Shown in pieces: positions 37,799-47,338 of a stretch of 64,000 bases of DNA (positions within the stretch are counted from its first letter, which is position 1; each line of letters begins with the position of its first letter). Where the stretch lies: contig CACKBQ010000001.1 in the NCBI GenBank assembly GCA_902598405.1, forward strand, positions 1,456 to 65,455, written 5' to 3'. The DNA comes from an uncultured Pelagibacteraceae bacterium. GTDB lineage: Bacteria > Pseudomonadota > Alphaproteobacteria > Pelagibacterales > AG-422-B15. Under the pieces are notes generated by a model. It ran no database searches and was not told where the DNA came from. It worked only from the letters and a program-made list of their open reading frames with translations. The translations under genes were made by a program, and so were the position numbers.

Positions 37799-38353
37799 TT
37801 ATTCAATAGGTGCAGGATTATCGCTGAAACTTCTCAAATAAAGTATGACGTTCGCTCTATCTTTTTCTTTTTTTAGACCTACAAAAGACATTTTTGTACC
37901 TTCAATATATTTTTTTGGATTTAAAAGATATCCGTTAAGTTGTTCGTATGTCCAGTTGCCACCATAGGCCGCCATTGCGTTTGAGTATTTATAATCCTCT
38001 TTTGAACCAATATCTTTATTTACAATATCCCAGAGCGCTGGCCCAATTTTATTTGCTCCACCTTTTTCAACAACATGGCACTGTGAACATTTCTTAAAGA
38101 CCTTTGCACCTTTTTCTATATCCGCTGATGCAAGCAGAGTCTGTATTGGTATTTCAGGTTCCGCTGTAGCAGTGTCATCTGCCATTGCTGCTGATGCAGA
38201 CACCACCATATCTTCAGCACCTTCAACTTGATAGGCTGCTACCTCGGGTTTTTCAACATGATATAAAATCTCACTGAAGTTTGCTAAACCGATAAATACA
38301 AGGGCCACAACTAATACACAGGCTACAATTTTATTAATTTCGAATGAATCCAT
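37799..38353 (-). CDS. cycM: membrane-anchored class I cytochrome c (CycM-like)
   Basis: It has an N-terminal TM anchor (MDSFEINKIVACVLVVALVFIG), the heme motif CSQCH, and a distal Met region (GTKMSFVGLKK). The tracked start at 38407 is probably an over-extension. Confidence 0.85.
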   Translation of the reverse strand: MDSFEINKIVACVLVVALVFIGLANFSEILYHVEKPEVAAYQVEGAEDMVVSASAAMADDTATAEPEIPIQTLLASADIEKGAKVFKKCSQCHVVEKGGANKIGPALWDIVNKDIGSKEDYKYSNAMAAYGGNWTYEQLNGYLLNPKKYIEGTKMSFVGLKKEKDRANVILYLRSFSDNPAPIE

Positions 38354-38441
38354 GATGTCTCTTGACGTAATTAGATAATTATTTAAACAATAACCGAATT
38401 TAATCAAGTTTTTATGCGTCTTCTAGTCGCATAATTTATTT

Positions 38442-39185
38442 ATGATAAGCCAAGAAAACACAGCGATAATTATCCCGGTCAGATTACAAGCGAGCAGGCT
38501 ACCAAATAAGCCTTTGCTCGACATTGCTGGCAAACCAATGATCCAACATGTTTGGCAGTCAGCCATTGCTTCTGATTTGGGTCGAGTAGTGGTTGCTACA
38601 GATAGTGATGAAATCGCCAAGTGTATTGAAAGTCTTGGGGGTGATGTATGTATGACTTCTGAAAATCATCAGACAGGTACTGATCGCATGCATGAAGCGC
38701 TTCAAGTAATTGATCCAGTTAAAATGATTCATTACATCATTAATTTACAAGGGGACTTGCCTACAATTAACTCGATGGCTTTAGAGAAAGTTTTAAATTT
38801 ATTATCATCAGAAGAAAATGAAATAGGCACACTGGTCACCCAGTTTGAAAGAGAGGAAGATCTAAAGAAAGAGCAATTTGTAAAAGCAGTCTGTAATTTA
38901 TCTGGTAGTGAAACTGAGTCTTATGCAGAGAATTTTGTAAGAAAACAAGGAGATTATGATTCTAAGAACCTTTTTCATCACATAGGTATTTACTCTTTTA
39001 AGAGAGATGCTCTAGAAAAATTTGTCACTTTGTCTCAAACTGATCGAGAAAAAAATGAAAAATTAGAGCAATTAAGAGCACTTGATAATAATATGAAAAT
39101 AAAAATTGGTTTAATTGACTTTTTACCTCTCGGAGTTGATACTCCGGATGACTTAGAAGAAATTAGAAAGATATTAAGCAAATGA
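38442..39185 (+). CDS. kdsB: 3-deoxy-manno-octulosonate cytidylyltransferase
   Basis: It has IIPVRLQASRLPNKPL, GTDR and NLQGD motifs. Confidence 0.92.
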   Translation: MISQENTAIIIPVRLQASRLPNKPLLDIAGKPMIQHVWQSAIASDLGRVVVATDSDEIAKCIESLGGDVCMTSENHQTGTDRMHEALQVIDPVKMIHYIINLQGDLPTINSMALEKVLNLLSSEENEIGTLVTQFEREEDLKKEQFVKAVCNLSGSETESYAENFVRKQGDYDSKNLFHHIGIYSFKRDALEKFVTLSQTDREKNEKLEQLRALDNNMKIKIGLIDFLPLGVDTPDDLEEIRKILSK

Positions 39186-40015
39186 AAAAAATAGCTTTCC
39201 AGGGTGAACTCGGAGCTTATTCACATCTTGCGTGCATTGAAGCTGCGCCTGATCACAATCCTGTTGCGTGCAGAACATTTGAGTCTGCCATGGAGCAAGT
39301 TAATGCATCAGAGTGTCATTTAGCCATGATACCAATTGAAAACTCGGTCGCGGGCAGGGTAGCAGATATTCACTACTTACTTGGTGGATACGATTTAAAA
39401 ATATATTCAGAACACTTTCAAGAGATTAATCATCAGTTAATGGTAAAACCAGGCGCTTCCTTAGATACAATTAAAAATGTACGTAGTCATTCTATGGCTA
39501 TTGGACAATGTCATGCTGCGATAAAAAAATATAATTTAGATGTCATCATAATGGCGGACACCGCAGGTTCTGCCAAATTTATTAGTGAGCAAGGAACAAT
39601 GGAAGATTCAGTGATTGCCTCAACACTTGCAGCTGATACTTATGGATTAGATATAGTAGATACAAATATTCAAGATATGAAAAATAATACAACTCGATTT
39701 TTAATAATGTCAAAAGAACTTCAACAAGAAAGAAACGAAAACTTGTCATACCTGACAAGTTGCATATTTGAAGTAAAGAGTGTTCCTTCAGCTCTTTATA
39801 AGGCACTCGGAGGTTTTGCAACTAATGGGGTTAATCTAACTAAATTAGAGAGTTTTATTGTTGATGGTGATTTTAATAAAGCTCAATTCTATATTGATCT
39901 AGATGGCCACGCTGAAGATCAATCGGTAAAAGGAGCTTTAGAAGAACTATCCTTTTATACTGAAAAACTGAAAGTCTTAGGTGTTTATCCAAAACATTCA
40001 TATAGAAACAATTAG
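39182..40015 (+). CDS. pheA: prephenate dehydratase
   Basis: It has the PDT domain (IAFQGELGAYSH, IENSVAGRV, NTTRFL) plus a C-terminal ACT domain. Confidence 0.9.
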   Translation: MKKIAFQGELGAYSHLACIEAAPDHNPVACRTFESAMEQVNASECHLAMIPIENSVAGRVADIHYLLGGYDLKIYSEHFQEINHQLMVKPGASLDTIKNVRSHSMAIGQCHAAIKKYNLDVIIMADTAGSAKFISEQGTMEDSVIASTLAADTYGLDIVDTNIQDMKNNTTRFLIMSKELQQERNENLSYLTSCIFEVKSVPSALYKALGGFATNGVNLTKLESFIVDGDFNKAQFYIDLDGHAEDQSVKGALEELSFYTEKLKVLGVYPKHSYRNN

Positions 40016-40016
40016 T

Positions 40017-40940
40017 TTACTTATTGTGCATCCAAGCAACAATTAATTGGTGAGCTACAGCCATTGCAGGAGGTATCCATATTCTGTCAGGGCTTTTACC
40101 AACGAATATACGATTTAAGTCTTCTCGAGATAACCATACTGCATCTTCAATTTCATCCTGATCTAAATCAGTTGTATCACCATCTGTTTGACAGAAACAT
40201 GCGATCATTAATTGAGAAGGAAATGGCCATGGTTGGGTAAATTTATATTCAACACTTGTAACATTTAATCCCACTTCTTCTTTAACTTCTCTAATAACTG
40301 CATCTTCGATGGTTTCACCCGGTTCTAAAAAACCTGCCAGTGCTGAGAACATTCTGGGTGGAAATATTTTTTGGCGACCGAGTAAACATTTGTCTTTAAA
40401 AATAGGAAGCATGATTACGACAGGGTCAACACGAGGAAATAATTCTACATTACAGTTTTTGCAAATTTTTTTGCAACCTGCGTCAACAGTTTCAAGTCGG
40501 GAACTTTCACATCTTGTACAAAAAATATTGGATGAATTCCATTCGACCATCGACTTAGCCTGAGCAAGAATACCTGTATCTTCCGGAGAAATACTCTGCG
40601 CTATCGATCTTAAATCAATAAATTTACAGTTAGGAAATGCACTTTTGTCGAAGTCTTTATTACTTTTTGATAAATCTATGGCGTAGTAGCTTTTATTTTT
40701 TAACTTGCCTAGGAAAAGCAAATAAGCATCTTCAATAAAATTTCTAATTTGATCATATGTAGCTAAAAAAATTGTTGAATTTGAGCCAGGTTCACTGCTC
40801 ACGTGTATCAATGGTTTTCCTGAGTGAAAAACAACAAATCGTGTTTCATTGTTCAATAAATTTGCTTTTTGCCAGTCTTTATCGCTTCTAAAACCAGACA
40901 TTCTATCGAGAGGATTATTTGCAAATATTATTTTGTTCAT
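40017..40940 (-). CDS. nudC: NAD+ diphosphatase (Nudix)
   Basis: It has a zinc ribbon (CTRCES...CKNC) followed by the Nudix box GFLEPGETIEDAVIREVKEEVGL. Confidence 0.85.
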   Translation of the reverse strand: MNKIIFANNPLDRMSGFRSDKDWQKANLLNNETRFVVFHSGKPLIHVSSEPGSNSTIFLATYDQIRNFIEDAYLLFLGKLKNKSYYAIDLSKSNKDFDKSAFPNCKFIDLRSIAQSISPEDTGILAQAKSMVEWNSSNIFCTRCESSRLETVDAGCKKICKNCNVELFPRVDPVVIMLPIFKDKCLLGRQKIFPPRMFSALAGFLEPGETIEDAVIREVKEEVGLNVTSVEYKFTQPWPFPSQLMIACFCQTDGDTTDLDQDEIEDAVWLSREDLNRIFVGKSPDRIWIPPAMAVAHQLIVAWMHNK

Positions 40941-40992
40941 TAATTTATTATTTATTAAACAACATTTTATTTTCGTTATGATACAATATTTT

Positions 40993-41082
40993 GGGAGATT
41001 GAGTAGACAAGTTATTCGCCAATCCGGTCAGGTCTGAAAAGAAGCAGCCGTAACGAAGATATTTGGGTTACGTTGATCTCCC
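40993..41082 (+). ncRNA. ffs: signal recognition particle RNA (small bacterial 4.5S type)
   Basis: It contains GGTCAGGTCTGAAAAGAAGCAGCC, matching the conserved domain IV GGUCAGGUCCGGAAGGAAGCAGCC. The terminal helix is GGGAGAT/ATCTCCC. It occupies the conserved position upstream of dnaX. Confidence 0.85.
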
Positions 41083-41093
41083 ACTAAAGATTA

Positions 41094-42377
41094 GTGATTT
41101 TTATGTCCGAAACAACCAATATACCTATTCCATTAAAATATAGACCACTAAAGTTTAGTGAACTTATTGGTCAAGATCTCATGTCTAAGACAATACAAAA
41201 TGCAATTGAGATGAATAGAATTGCCAACGCTTATTTACTCACAGGAGTTAGAGGTGTAGGGAAAACAACAACAGCTAGAATTATTGCAAAATCACTAAAT
41301 TGTTTAAATATATCGGAGCAAGACAACAACGAGCCATGCGGGGTTTGTGACAATTGTAAAGCGATAACAGAGTCAAGAAGTGTTGATGTTTATGAAATGG
41401 ATGCAGCATCGCGCACCGGAATAGCTGACATAAGAGAGCTGATTGAAGGCGTTCAATACTCGCCTGTGTCATCAAAGTATAAAGTTTATATTATAGATGA
41501 AGTTCACATGTTATCGACCGCAGCCTTTAATGGATTACTTAAAACATTGGAAGAGCCGCCGCCTCATGTGAAATTTATTTTTGCGACTACTGAGGTAAGA
41601 AAAATACCTACAACTATACTATCAAGATGCCAAAGATATGATTTAAAAAGGGTTGAACCTGATGATTTAGTTATTTTTTTAAAATCCATATGTGAAAAGG
41701 AGTCAGTTGATTTTGAAGAAGGTGCATTAAAAATTATCGCAAGAGCTGCAGATGGATCTGTAAGAGATGGCCTTTCTATACTCGATCAATCTATTGCATT
41801 TTCAGGTAAGAATATTTCTGAAGAGCAAGTGAAAGAGATGATCGGTTTAAATGATCCAACCAAAATTTTAGAACTAATCAAATTCATTACTGCTGGTCAA
41901 ACTCAACAGTCACTTGAAAAAATAAACGAACTTTATGACAACGGAGCTGATCCATCAATGATCGTAAAAGATCTGATAGAAACTGTTCATAGTTTGACTA
42001 TGATTAATATTGATGCAGCTGAGGGAGTTAAAAGCTCACTTACAGACAGTGAATATAGCGCAGTACAAGAGGTAGCAGGTAATCTAGATGTATCCACCCT
42101 CTCAATGATCTGGCAAATGTTAAATAAGGGATTGCATGAAGTTACGGACTCATTTTCTCCCATAACTTCTCTTGAAATGTTAATCATTAGGATCATTTAT
42201 TTAAATGACATACCAAAACCTAATGAATTAATAAGTGAACTAAATAATATGGTTGAAAAAAATGATAATAAAATACAGGATAAATCAGGAGAAACATCTT
42301 CAGCAATGGATCCAAAAGTAAAAGAAATTATTGATTTCTTTCCTGGAACCGAAGTTGAACAAATTGAAGAGAAATAA
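41094..42377 (+). CDS. dnaX: DNA polymerase III subunit gamma/tau (compact, 427 aa)
   Basis: It has the AAA+ Walker A GVRGVGKTT, the Zn module CGVCDNC, DEVHML, and SRCQRY sensor motifs. The start is either GTG 41094 or ATG 41103. Confidence 0.93.
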   Translation: MIFMSETTNIPIPLKYRPLKFSELIGQDLMSKTIQNAIEMNRIANAYLLTGVRGVGKTTTARIIAKSLNCLNISEQDNNEPCGVCDNCKAITESRSVDVYEMDAASRTGIADIRELIEGVQYSPVSSKYKVYIIDEVHMLSTAAFNGLLKTLEEPPPHVKFIFATTEVRKIPTTILSRCQRYDLKRVEPDDLVIFLKSICEKESVDFEEGALKIIARAADGSVRDGLSILDQSIAFSGKNISEEQVKEMIGLNDPTKILELIKFITAGQTQQSLEKINELYDNGADPSMIVKDLIETVHSLTMINIDAAEGVKSSLTDSEYSAVQEVAGNLDVSTLSMIWQMLNKGLHEVTDSFSPITSLEMLIIRIIYLNDIPKPNELISELNNMVEKNDNKIQDKSGETSSAMDPKVKEIIDFFPGTEVEQIEEK

Positions 42378-42379
42378 AT

Positions 42380-42703
42380 ATGAATAATTTTAACAATATG
42401 ATTAAACAGGCCCAAGACTTGCAGAAAAAAATGGCAGAGGCTCAGGAAAAAGTGGAAACACTGGAAGCCGAGGGTATCTCAGGTGGAGGAATAGTTAAAA
42501 TAACTATAAATGGAAAAAATAATGTAACTTCTGTAAACATTGACGAAACAGCGATAGATAAAAATGAGAAAGAAATTTTAGAAGATTTGATAGTTGCAGC
42601 TTTTAATGATGCACGAGACAAAATTCAAAGAAAAATTGCGGATGAAATGAGTTCTCTTACCGGTGGTATAAAACTTCCTCCAGGAATGAAACTGCCTTTC
42701 TAG
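42380..42703 (+). CDS. ybaB: nucleoid-associated protein YbaB/EbfC
   Basis: It has MIKQAQDLQKKMAEAQEK..., 107 aa, and conserved synteny with dnaX and recR. Confidence 0.92.
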   Translation: MNNFNNMIKQAQDLQKKMAEAQEKVETLEAEGISGGGIVKITINGKNNVTSVNIDETAIDKNEKEILEDLIVAAFNDARDKIQRKIADEMSSLTGGIKLPPGMKLPF

Positions 42704-42704
42704 T

Positions 42705-43310
42705 ATGAAATCCCGTATATCTAATCCAGAAATTGATAAGTTAATACTTTTAATCAGTAAACTACCTGGTTTTGGACCCAAATCTGCAAGCAGAGCAGTA
42801 CTACATTTAATAAAAAATAAAGAACAGTTAATGGTCCCACTCGCTGAGTCGCTTTTATCATCGAGTGAAAATATTGTTACATGTGAAATTTGTGGAAACA
42901 TCGATGTAAACTCTCCATGCATGATCTGCGCAGATGAGGGTCGATCTAAAAATCAAATCTGTGTTGTTGAAAATATCGCAGATCTATGGGCACTTGAGAA
43001 ATCTGAAGTATTTAATGGACTGTATCATGTGCTGGGTGGCACCCTATCAGCCATAAACAGCATTGGGCCAGATGATTTAAATTTAAAAAAACTGATTGAT
43101 CGAATTGAAGGCGAGAAAATTGACGAAGTCATATTGGCTTTGAGTGCAACAGTTGATGGTCAAACAACCGCTCATTACGTAGCAGATACATTGTCAAAAC
43201 ACAGTGTTGAAGTAAGTCGCTTAGGTCACGGTGTACCTGTTGGCGGAGAGTTGGATTACATGGATGAAGGAACTATTGCCGCTGCTCTCAGTGCACGACA
43301 AAAAATTTAG
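42705..43310 (+). CDS. recR: recombination protein RecR
   Basis: It has the HhH segment (LPGFGPKSASR), the C4 zinc finger (CEICGN...CMIC) and a Toprim domain. Confidence 0.95.
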   Translation: MKSRISNPEIDKLILLISKLPGFGPKSASRAVLHLIKNKEQLMVPLAESLLSSSENIVTCEICGNIDVNSPCMICADEGRSKNQICVVENIADLWALEKSEVFNGLYHVLGGTLSAINSIGPDDLNLKKLIDRIEGEKIDEVILALSATVDGQTTAHYVADTLSKHSVEVSRLGHGVPVGGELDYMDEGTIAAALSARQKI

Positions 43311-43379
43311 TTTTATTGTATTTTCTCAATTTTTTTATTCAATCTTGACCTTATATATAAGTTAGCCTATCTAAAGATT

Positions 43380-43916
43380 ATGACAGTAAAAAAGATTTTA
43401 ACTGCTCCAGATCCGTTTTTAAAACAGATTTCAAAACCAGTTGATGAAGTGACTAAAGAGGTCCAGGATCTCATGGATGACATGTTGGATACCATGTATG
43501 ACGCACCTGGAATAGGTCTAGCAGCAGTTCAAATCGGAGTTCCTTTGCGTGTAATTGTGATGGATATAAGCTGGAGAAATGAAGAGGGCATAAAAGAACC
43601 CCTTTATTTTGTTAACCCTGAAATTACAGTAAAAACAAAAAATCTTTCAACATATGAAGAGGGATGTTTATCAGTCCCAGATCAATACGCAGAAATTGAT
43701 CGTCCAGAAGAATGTGAAATAAACTTTCTTGATTATAATGGAAAAAAATCAACCCTAAACGCTAAAGGATTATTAGCGACCTGCATCCAACATGAAATGG
43801 ATCATCTTGAGGGAATTCTTTTTATTGATCATTTATCAAATATGAAACGCAACATGATTGTAAAGAAGCTCATCAAAACAAGAAAACAATCAAAAAAAGA
43901 ACGAATCGTCGCTTAG
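43380..43916 (+). CDS. def: peptide deformylase
   Basis: It has GIGLAAVQIG, EGCLSVP and HEMDHL motifs. Confidence 0.96.
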   Translation: MTVKKILTAPDPFLKQISKPVDEVTKEVQDLMDDMLDTMYDAPGIGLAAVQIGVPLRVIVMDISWRNEEGIKEPLYFVNPEITVKTKNLSTYEEGCLSVPDQYAEIDRPEECEINFLDYNGKKSTLNAKGLLATCIQHEMDHLEGILFIDHLSNMKRNMIVKKLIKTRKQSKKERIVA

Positions 43917-43921
43917 ATAAA

Positions 43922-44839
43922 ATGAAAAATTATCGCATCCTATTCATGGGCACAGCCCCATTCGCAGTACCATCTTTAAAAAAAATTGTTTCTTCAAATA
44001 ATCATTTGGTAGGTGTATATACATCCCCCGCAAAAAAGGCTAACCGAGGAATGAAATTATCAATTTCACCAGTGGCAGAATTTGCTGAAACTGAAAATAT
44101 AGAAATTAGCTCCCCTCCTTCGATTAGTTCATCAGAGGAATTAAAAAAACTACGAGAAATGAATTTGGATATGATTATTGTTGTTGCTTATGGACTGATA
44201 TTACCTGAACAAGTAATCAATTTACCTAAACTTGGTTGTTATAATGTACATGCATCTTTACTTCCTCGGTGGAGGGGCGCCGCACCAATTCAAAGAGCAA
44301 TGATTGAAGGTGATCAGACTACGGGCGTTACAATTATGAAAATGGATAAAGGCCTTGATTCAGGAGATATTGGGCTACAAAAAGAAATAAAAATAGAACA
44401 ACAAAACTACAGTGAGTTAGAAAAAGAACTCGCAAATGAAGGAGCTGAATTGCTTATAAACTTTATTGATAGATTAGATGACTCTATTCAGTTTACTAAA
44501 CAAAATGACACGCAGGCCTGTTATGCGAAGAAAATACAAAAACAAGAAGCTTTAATTGACTGGACTGAAAATGCCGAGAAAATAAATAGACGCATAAATG
44601 CCTATAATCCTAGTCCATGTGCTTGGTTTTCACTAAATAATAAAAGAATTAAAATACTGAAGGCTGAGGTAATTCATGAGAAAGGTGAGGCCGGAAAGAT
44701 TATGAATGAAGAATTTTTAATTGGTTGCGGCATTAACTCAATAAGACCGTTGCTTCTCAGAGTTGAAGGTAAACAAGATTGTACAATCAATGACTTTCTC
44801 TTAGGACATAAAATTGAAGTTGGCTCTTATATTCGATGA
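43922..44839 (+). CDS. fmt: methionyl-tRNA formyltransferase
   Basis: It has the formyltransferase N-domain (NVHASLLPRWRGAAPIQRA) and the C-terminal Fmt domain. Confidence 0.95.
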   Translation: MKNYRILFMGTAPFAVPSLKKIVSSNNHLVGVYTSPAKKANRGMKLSISPVAEFAETENIEISSPPSISSSEELKKLREMNLDMIIVVAYGLILPEQVINLPKLGCYNVHASLLPRWRGAAPIQRAMIEGDQTTGVTIMKMDKGLDSGDIGLQKEIKIEQQNYSELEKELANEGAELLINFIDRLDDSIQFTKQNDTQACYAKKIQKQEALIDWTENAEKINRRINAYNPSPCAWFSLNNKRIKILKAEVIHEKGEAGKIMNEEFLIGCGINSIRPLLLRVEGKQDCTINDFLLGHKIEVGSYIR

Positions 44840-45576
44840 ATAGGTTTAAAATAAAAATTGAGTATGATGGCACCCCGTTTGTCGGATGGCAAAGACAAGA
44901 AAATGGACAATCAGTTCAAGGGTGTATTGAAAAAGCAATAAATAATATATTTGAGGAAAACATAACTATTTTTGGGGCTGGTAGAACAGATGCAGGTGTT
45001 CACGCAATGGGGCAGGTCGCTCATTTTGATGTTACAGAAAAATTACTTGAACCATATGTAATTAAGAACGCATTAAACGATCACTTGAGGCCGTTTCCAA
45101 TTTCTATATTAGAAGTAGAGAAAGCACATAATGATTTTCATGCAAGATTTGATGCAACTCAGAGAAAATACCTTTATAGAATAGTAAACAGAAAGTCACC
45201 ACTCACTATTGAGAAAGGAAGAGCTTGGCAAGTACACAAAGACATTGATGTTGATTTGATGAAGGAATGCATTCCTTCAATTGAGGGTCGGCATGACTTT
45301 ACAACATTCCGTTCGGCTCATTGCCAATCTGACAGTCCAATAAAAACTTTAGACAGCCTAAAAATTAGCAAATCAGAAGAAAATATCTATTTCGGTTTCA
45401 CTGCAAAATCATTTCTGCATCATCAAGTTAGATCAATTGTTGGAAGTTTAAAGCTAGTTGGAGAAAAAAGTTGGTCGTCTGGTGATTTTGAAAAAGCGTT
45501 TAATTCAAAAGATCGCTCTAAATGCGGAGCACTTGCTCCTCCTGAGGGATTATATTTTATGGAGGTTAAATACTAA
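44836..45576 (+). CDS. truA: tRNA pseudouridine(38-40) synthase
   Basis: It has YDGTPFVGWQRQ and GAGRTDAGVHA (catalytic Asp). Confidence 0.95.
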   Translation: MNRFKIKIEYDGTPFVGWQRQENGQSVQGCIEKAINNIFEENITIFGAGRTDAGVHAMGQVAHFDVTEKLLEPYVIKNALNDHLRPFPISILEVEKAHNDFHARFDATQRKYLYRIVNRKSPLTIEKGRAWQVHKDIDVDLMKECIPSIEGRHDFTTFRSAHCQSDSPIKTLDSLKISKSEENIYFGFTAKSFLHHQVRSIVGSLKLVGEKSWSSGDFEKAFNSKDRSKCGALAPPEGLYFMEVKY

Positions 45577-46398
45577 TTATTGTGAGCAATTTTCAATTGT
45601 TTGAACATTTATATCTAATTTTTCTGCGGTGTTACCATAAAAGATCCCTCTGATTGGCGCCGCATAACTTGCATCTAAGCCGCATGAAACTCGAATATAT
45701 CTCTCATCAGGACAACATTGATTTGTAGGATCAAATCCAACCCAACCAAGTTTATCTATATAAAGTTCAGCCCATGCGTGTGTAGCTTGAAATTCAGAGT
45801 CATTTCTATTTTTATGCATGTAGCCATTTACATATCTTGAGGGAATGCCCAGATATCTAGCAGCAGAAATCATTATATGTGCTTGATCTTGGCAAACACC
45901 CTTTTCTTGATCTATTGACATAGCTGCAGTTGTGTTCGTATTGGTGGTATACGGTTCATATTTAATTTTTTTCGCAATTAAGAGCATTAAGTCATGAGCA
46001 ATAGTTAAAGTATCTTCATTTGAACAATCTTTTGAGGCAATAGAAGCTAGCTCTTTTATTTTATCATTTGCTAGTGTTAAAATTGTACTTCTTAAATAGA
46101 CATAAGGATCTATTTTATCATTCAAACTTTCATACACTCCATTTGTATCAATTGTTTCAACTTCACCTTTAACTACAAATTTAATTTCCTTTTCTGATGG
46201 CTCGCCTTTGAAGTTAATTATATTATTTCCCTCTCCATCTCTAAATATTTCGCCTCCAGATTTGTTATTTCTTTTTACAGTCCAATCCAAAATTTTAAGA
46301 CCATTATAGGGTGATGGAGTCAACTTTGTTGTTTGAATTAACCCTAATAGGTTATCATCGTATTCATAATTTGTTGTATGATTGATTGTAAGTAACAT
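45577..46398 (-). CDS. transglutaminase-like cysteine peptidase family protein
   Basis: The catalytic Cys lies in GVCQDQAHIM, with His/Asp in HAWAE...GFDPTN. It is the last gene of a 3-gene operon. Confidence 0.85.
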   Translation of the reverse strand: MLLTINHTTNYEYDDNLLGLIQTTKLTPSPYNGLKILDWTVKRNNKSGGEIFRDGEGNNIINFKGEPSEKEIKFVVKGEVETIDTNGVYESLNDKIDPYVYLRSTILTLANDKIKELASIASKDCSNEDTLTIAHDLMLLIAKKIKYEPYTTNTNTTAAMSIDQEKGVCQDQAHIMISAARYLGIPSRYVNGYMHKNRNDSEFQATHAWAELYIDKLGWVGFDPTNQCCPDERYIRVSCGLDASYAAPIRGIFYGNTAEKLDINVQTIENCSQ

Positions 46399-46401
46399 AA
46401 T

Positions 46402-47337
46402 CTACCTAAAAAAATGATTTTGAATTTGATTGTCTAAGAAAGATATTTTCGATACAAAATTGGTCACATACTCATGCAAACCATATTCAATAATTGATTC
46501 GACAGTTTCGTCTTTCACAGAATTATGAACTGATTTAAGGCCAGAGTAAATATCACTGATTTTATCAGGACTGCATTTCAAACAATTAAGATGATAAACA
46601 ATATTATTTATACAAAAACTTAAAGAACGTGAACAATCATTATTAAGTATAAAAAAATGCGCAATTTTTGTTGAGGTCACGTCTCCATCATAAGCCCATC
46701 TAAAAGCGCGAAATGAAGATAGTGATCGTAAAAGTATAATCCATTGTAAATTATCAAGATTTCCCCCTATATAATCAGCAGTGGGAAGTAGTACAAAATA
46801 TTTTACATCGAGCAATCTTGCAGAATTATCTGCTCGTTCAATGAATGTACCAAGAAATATGAAATGATATCCGTCATTTCGTAATAATGAGTTTGCTGAT
46901 CCCCGAAACATATTTACTTGTTGAATAGTCCATTCAGTAAAGTTTGGTAGATCAGCACGAGTAAATTTTTTATTTTTTAGCTCCAATATCTCTTTGTATG
47001 ACTTATTAATCGCAACCCATGCCTCAGGAGTGAATGCAGTCCTCACTAATAGAGCATTATTTCTAGCTTTGGATATACAGCTGTATACTGAGGAAGGATT
47101 TTCTTCATCAAAAAAAATATAATCCTCAACATTTTCCTGATTTATTTCATTGTATTTAGTAAAATAACCCTGAGCAGCACCTGCAGCTGATAATACTGAG
47201 TCCCATTCATTATGGTAGCCTTTAGGGTTAGGAAACAAGGACATTCTATAACCCACATCAAGAAGGCGTGCCATAGTTTCTGCTCTTTCCATATATCTAC
47301 TAATCCAGTAAAGATTCTCTGCTGTTCTGCTTAGCAT
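46402..47337 (-). CDS. alpha-E domain protein (DUF403)
   Basis: It begins MLSRTAENLYWISRYMERAE, and the second half repeats ERADNSARLLDVKY. Confidence 0.85.
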   Translation of the reverse strand: MLSRTAENLYWISRYMERAETMARLLDVGYRMSLFPNPKGYHNEWDSVLSAAGAAQGYFTKYNEINQENVEDYIFFDEENPSSVYSCISKARNNALLVRTAFTPEAWVAINKSYKEILELKNKKFTRADLPNFTEWTIQQVNMFRGSANSLLRNDGYHFIFLGTFIERADNSARLLDVKYFVLLPTADYIGGNLDNLQWIILLRSLSSFRAFRWAYDGDVTSTKIAHFFILNNDCSRSLSFCINNIVYHLNCLKCSPDKISDIYSGLKSVHNSVKDETVESIIEYGLHEYVTNFVSKISFLDNQIQNHFFR

Positions 47338-47338
47338 G

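Noticed and set aside
40849-41037. 62-aa ORF overlapping the nudC 5' end and the spacer.
   Set aside because: The region 40993-41082 is better explained as SRP RNA, given the conserved domain IV sequence. The ORF has no supporting signals.
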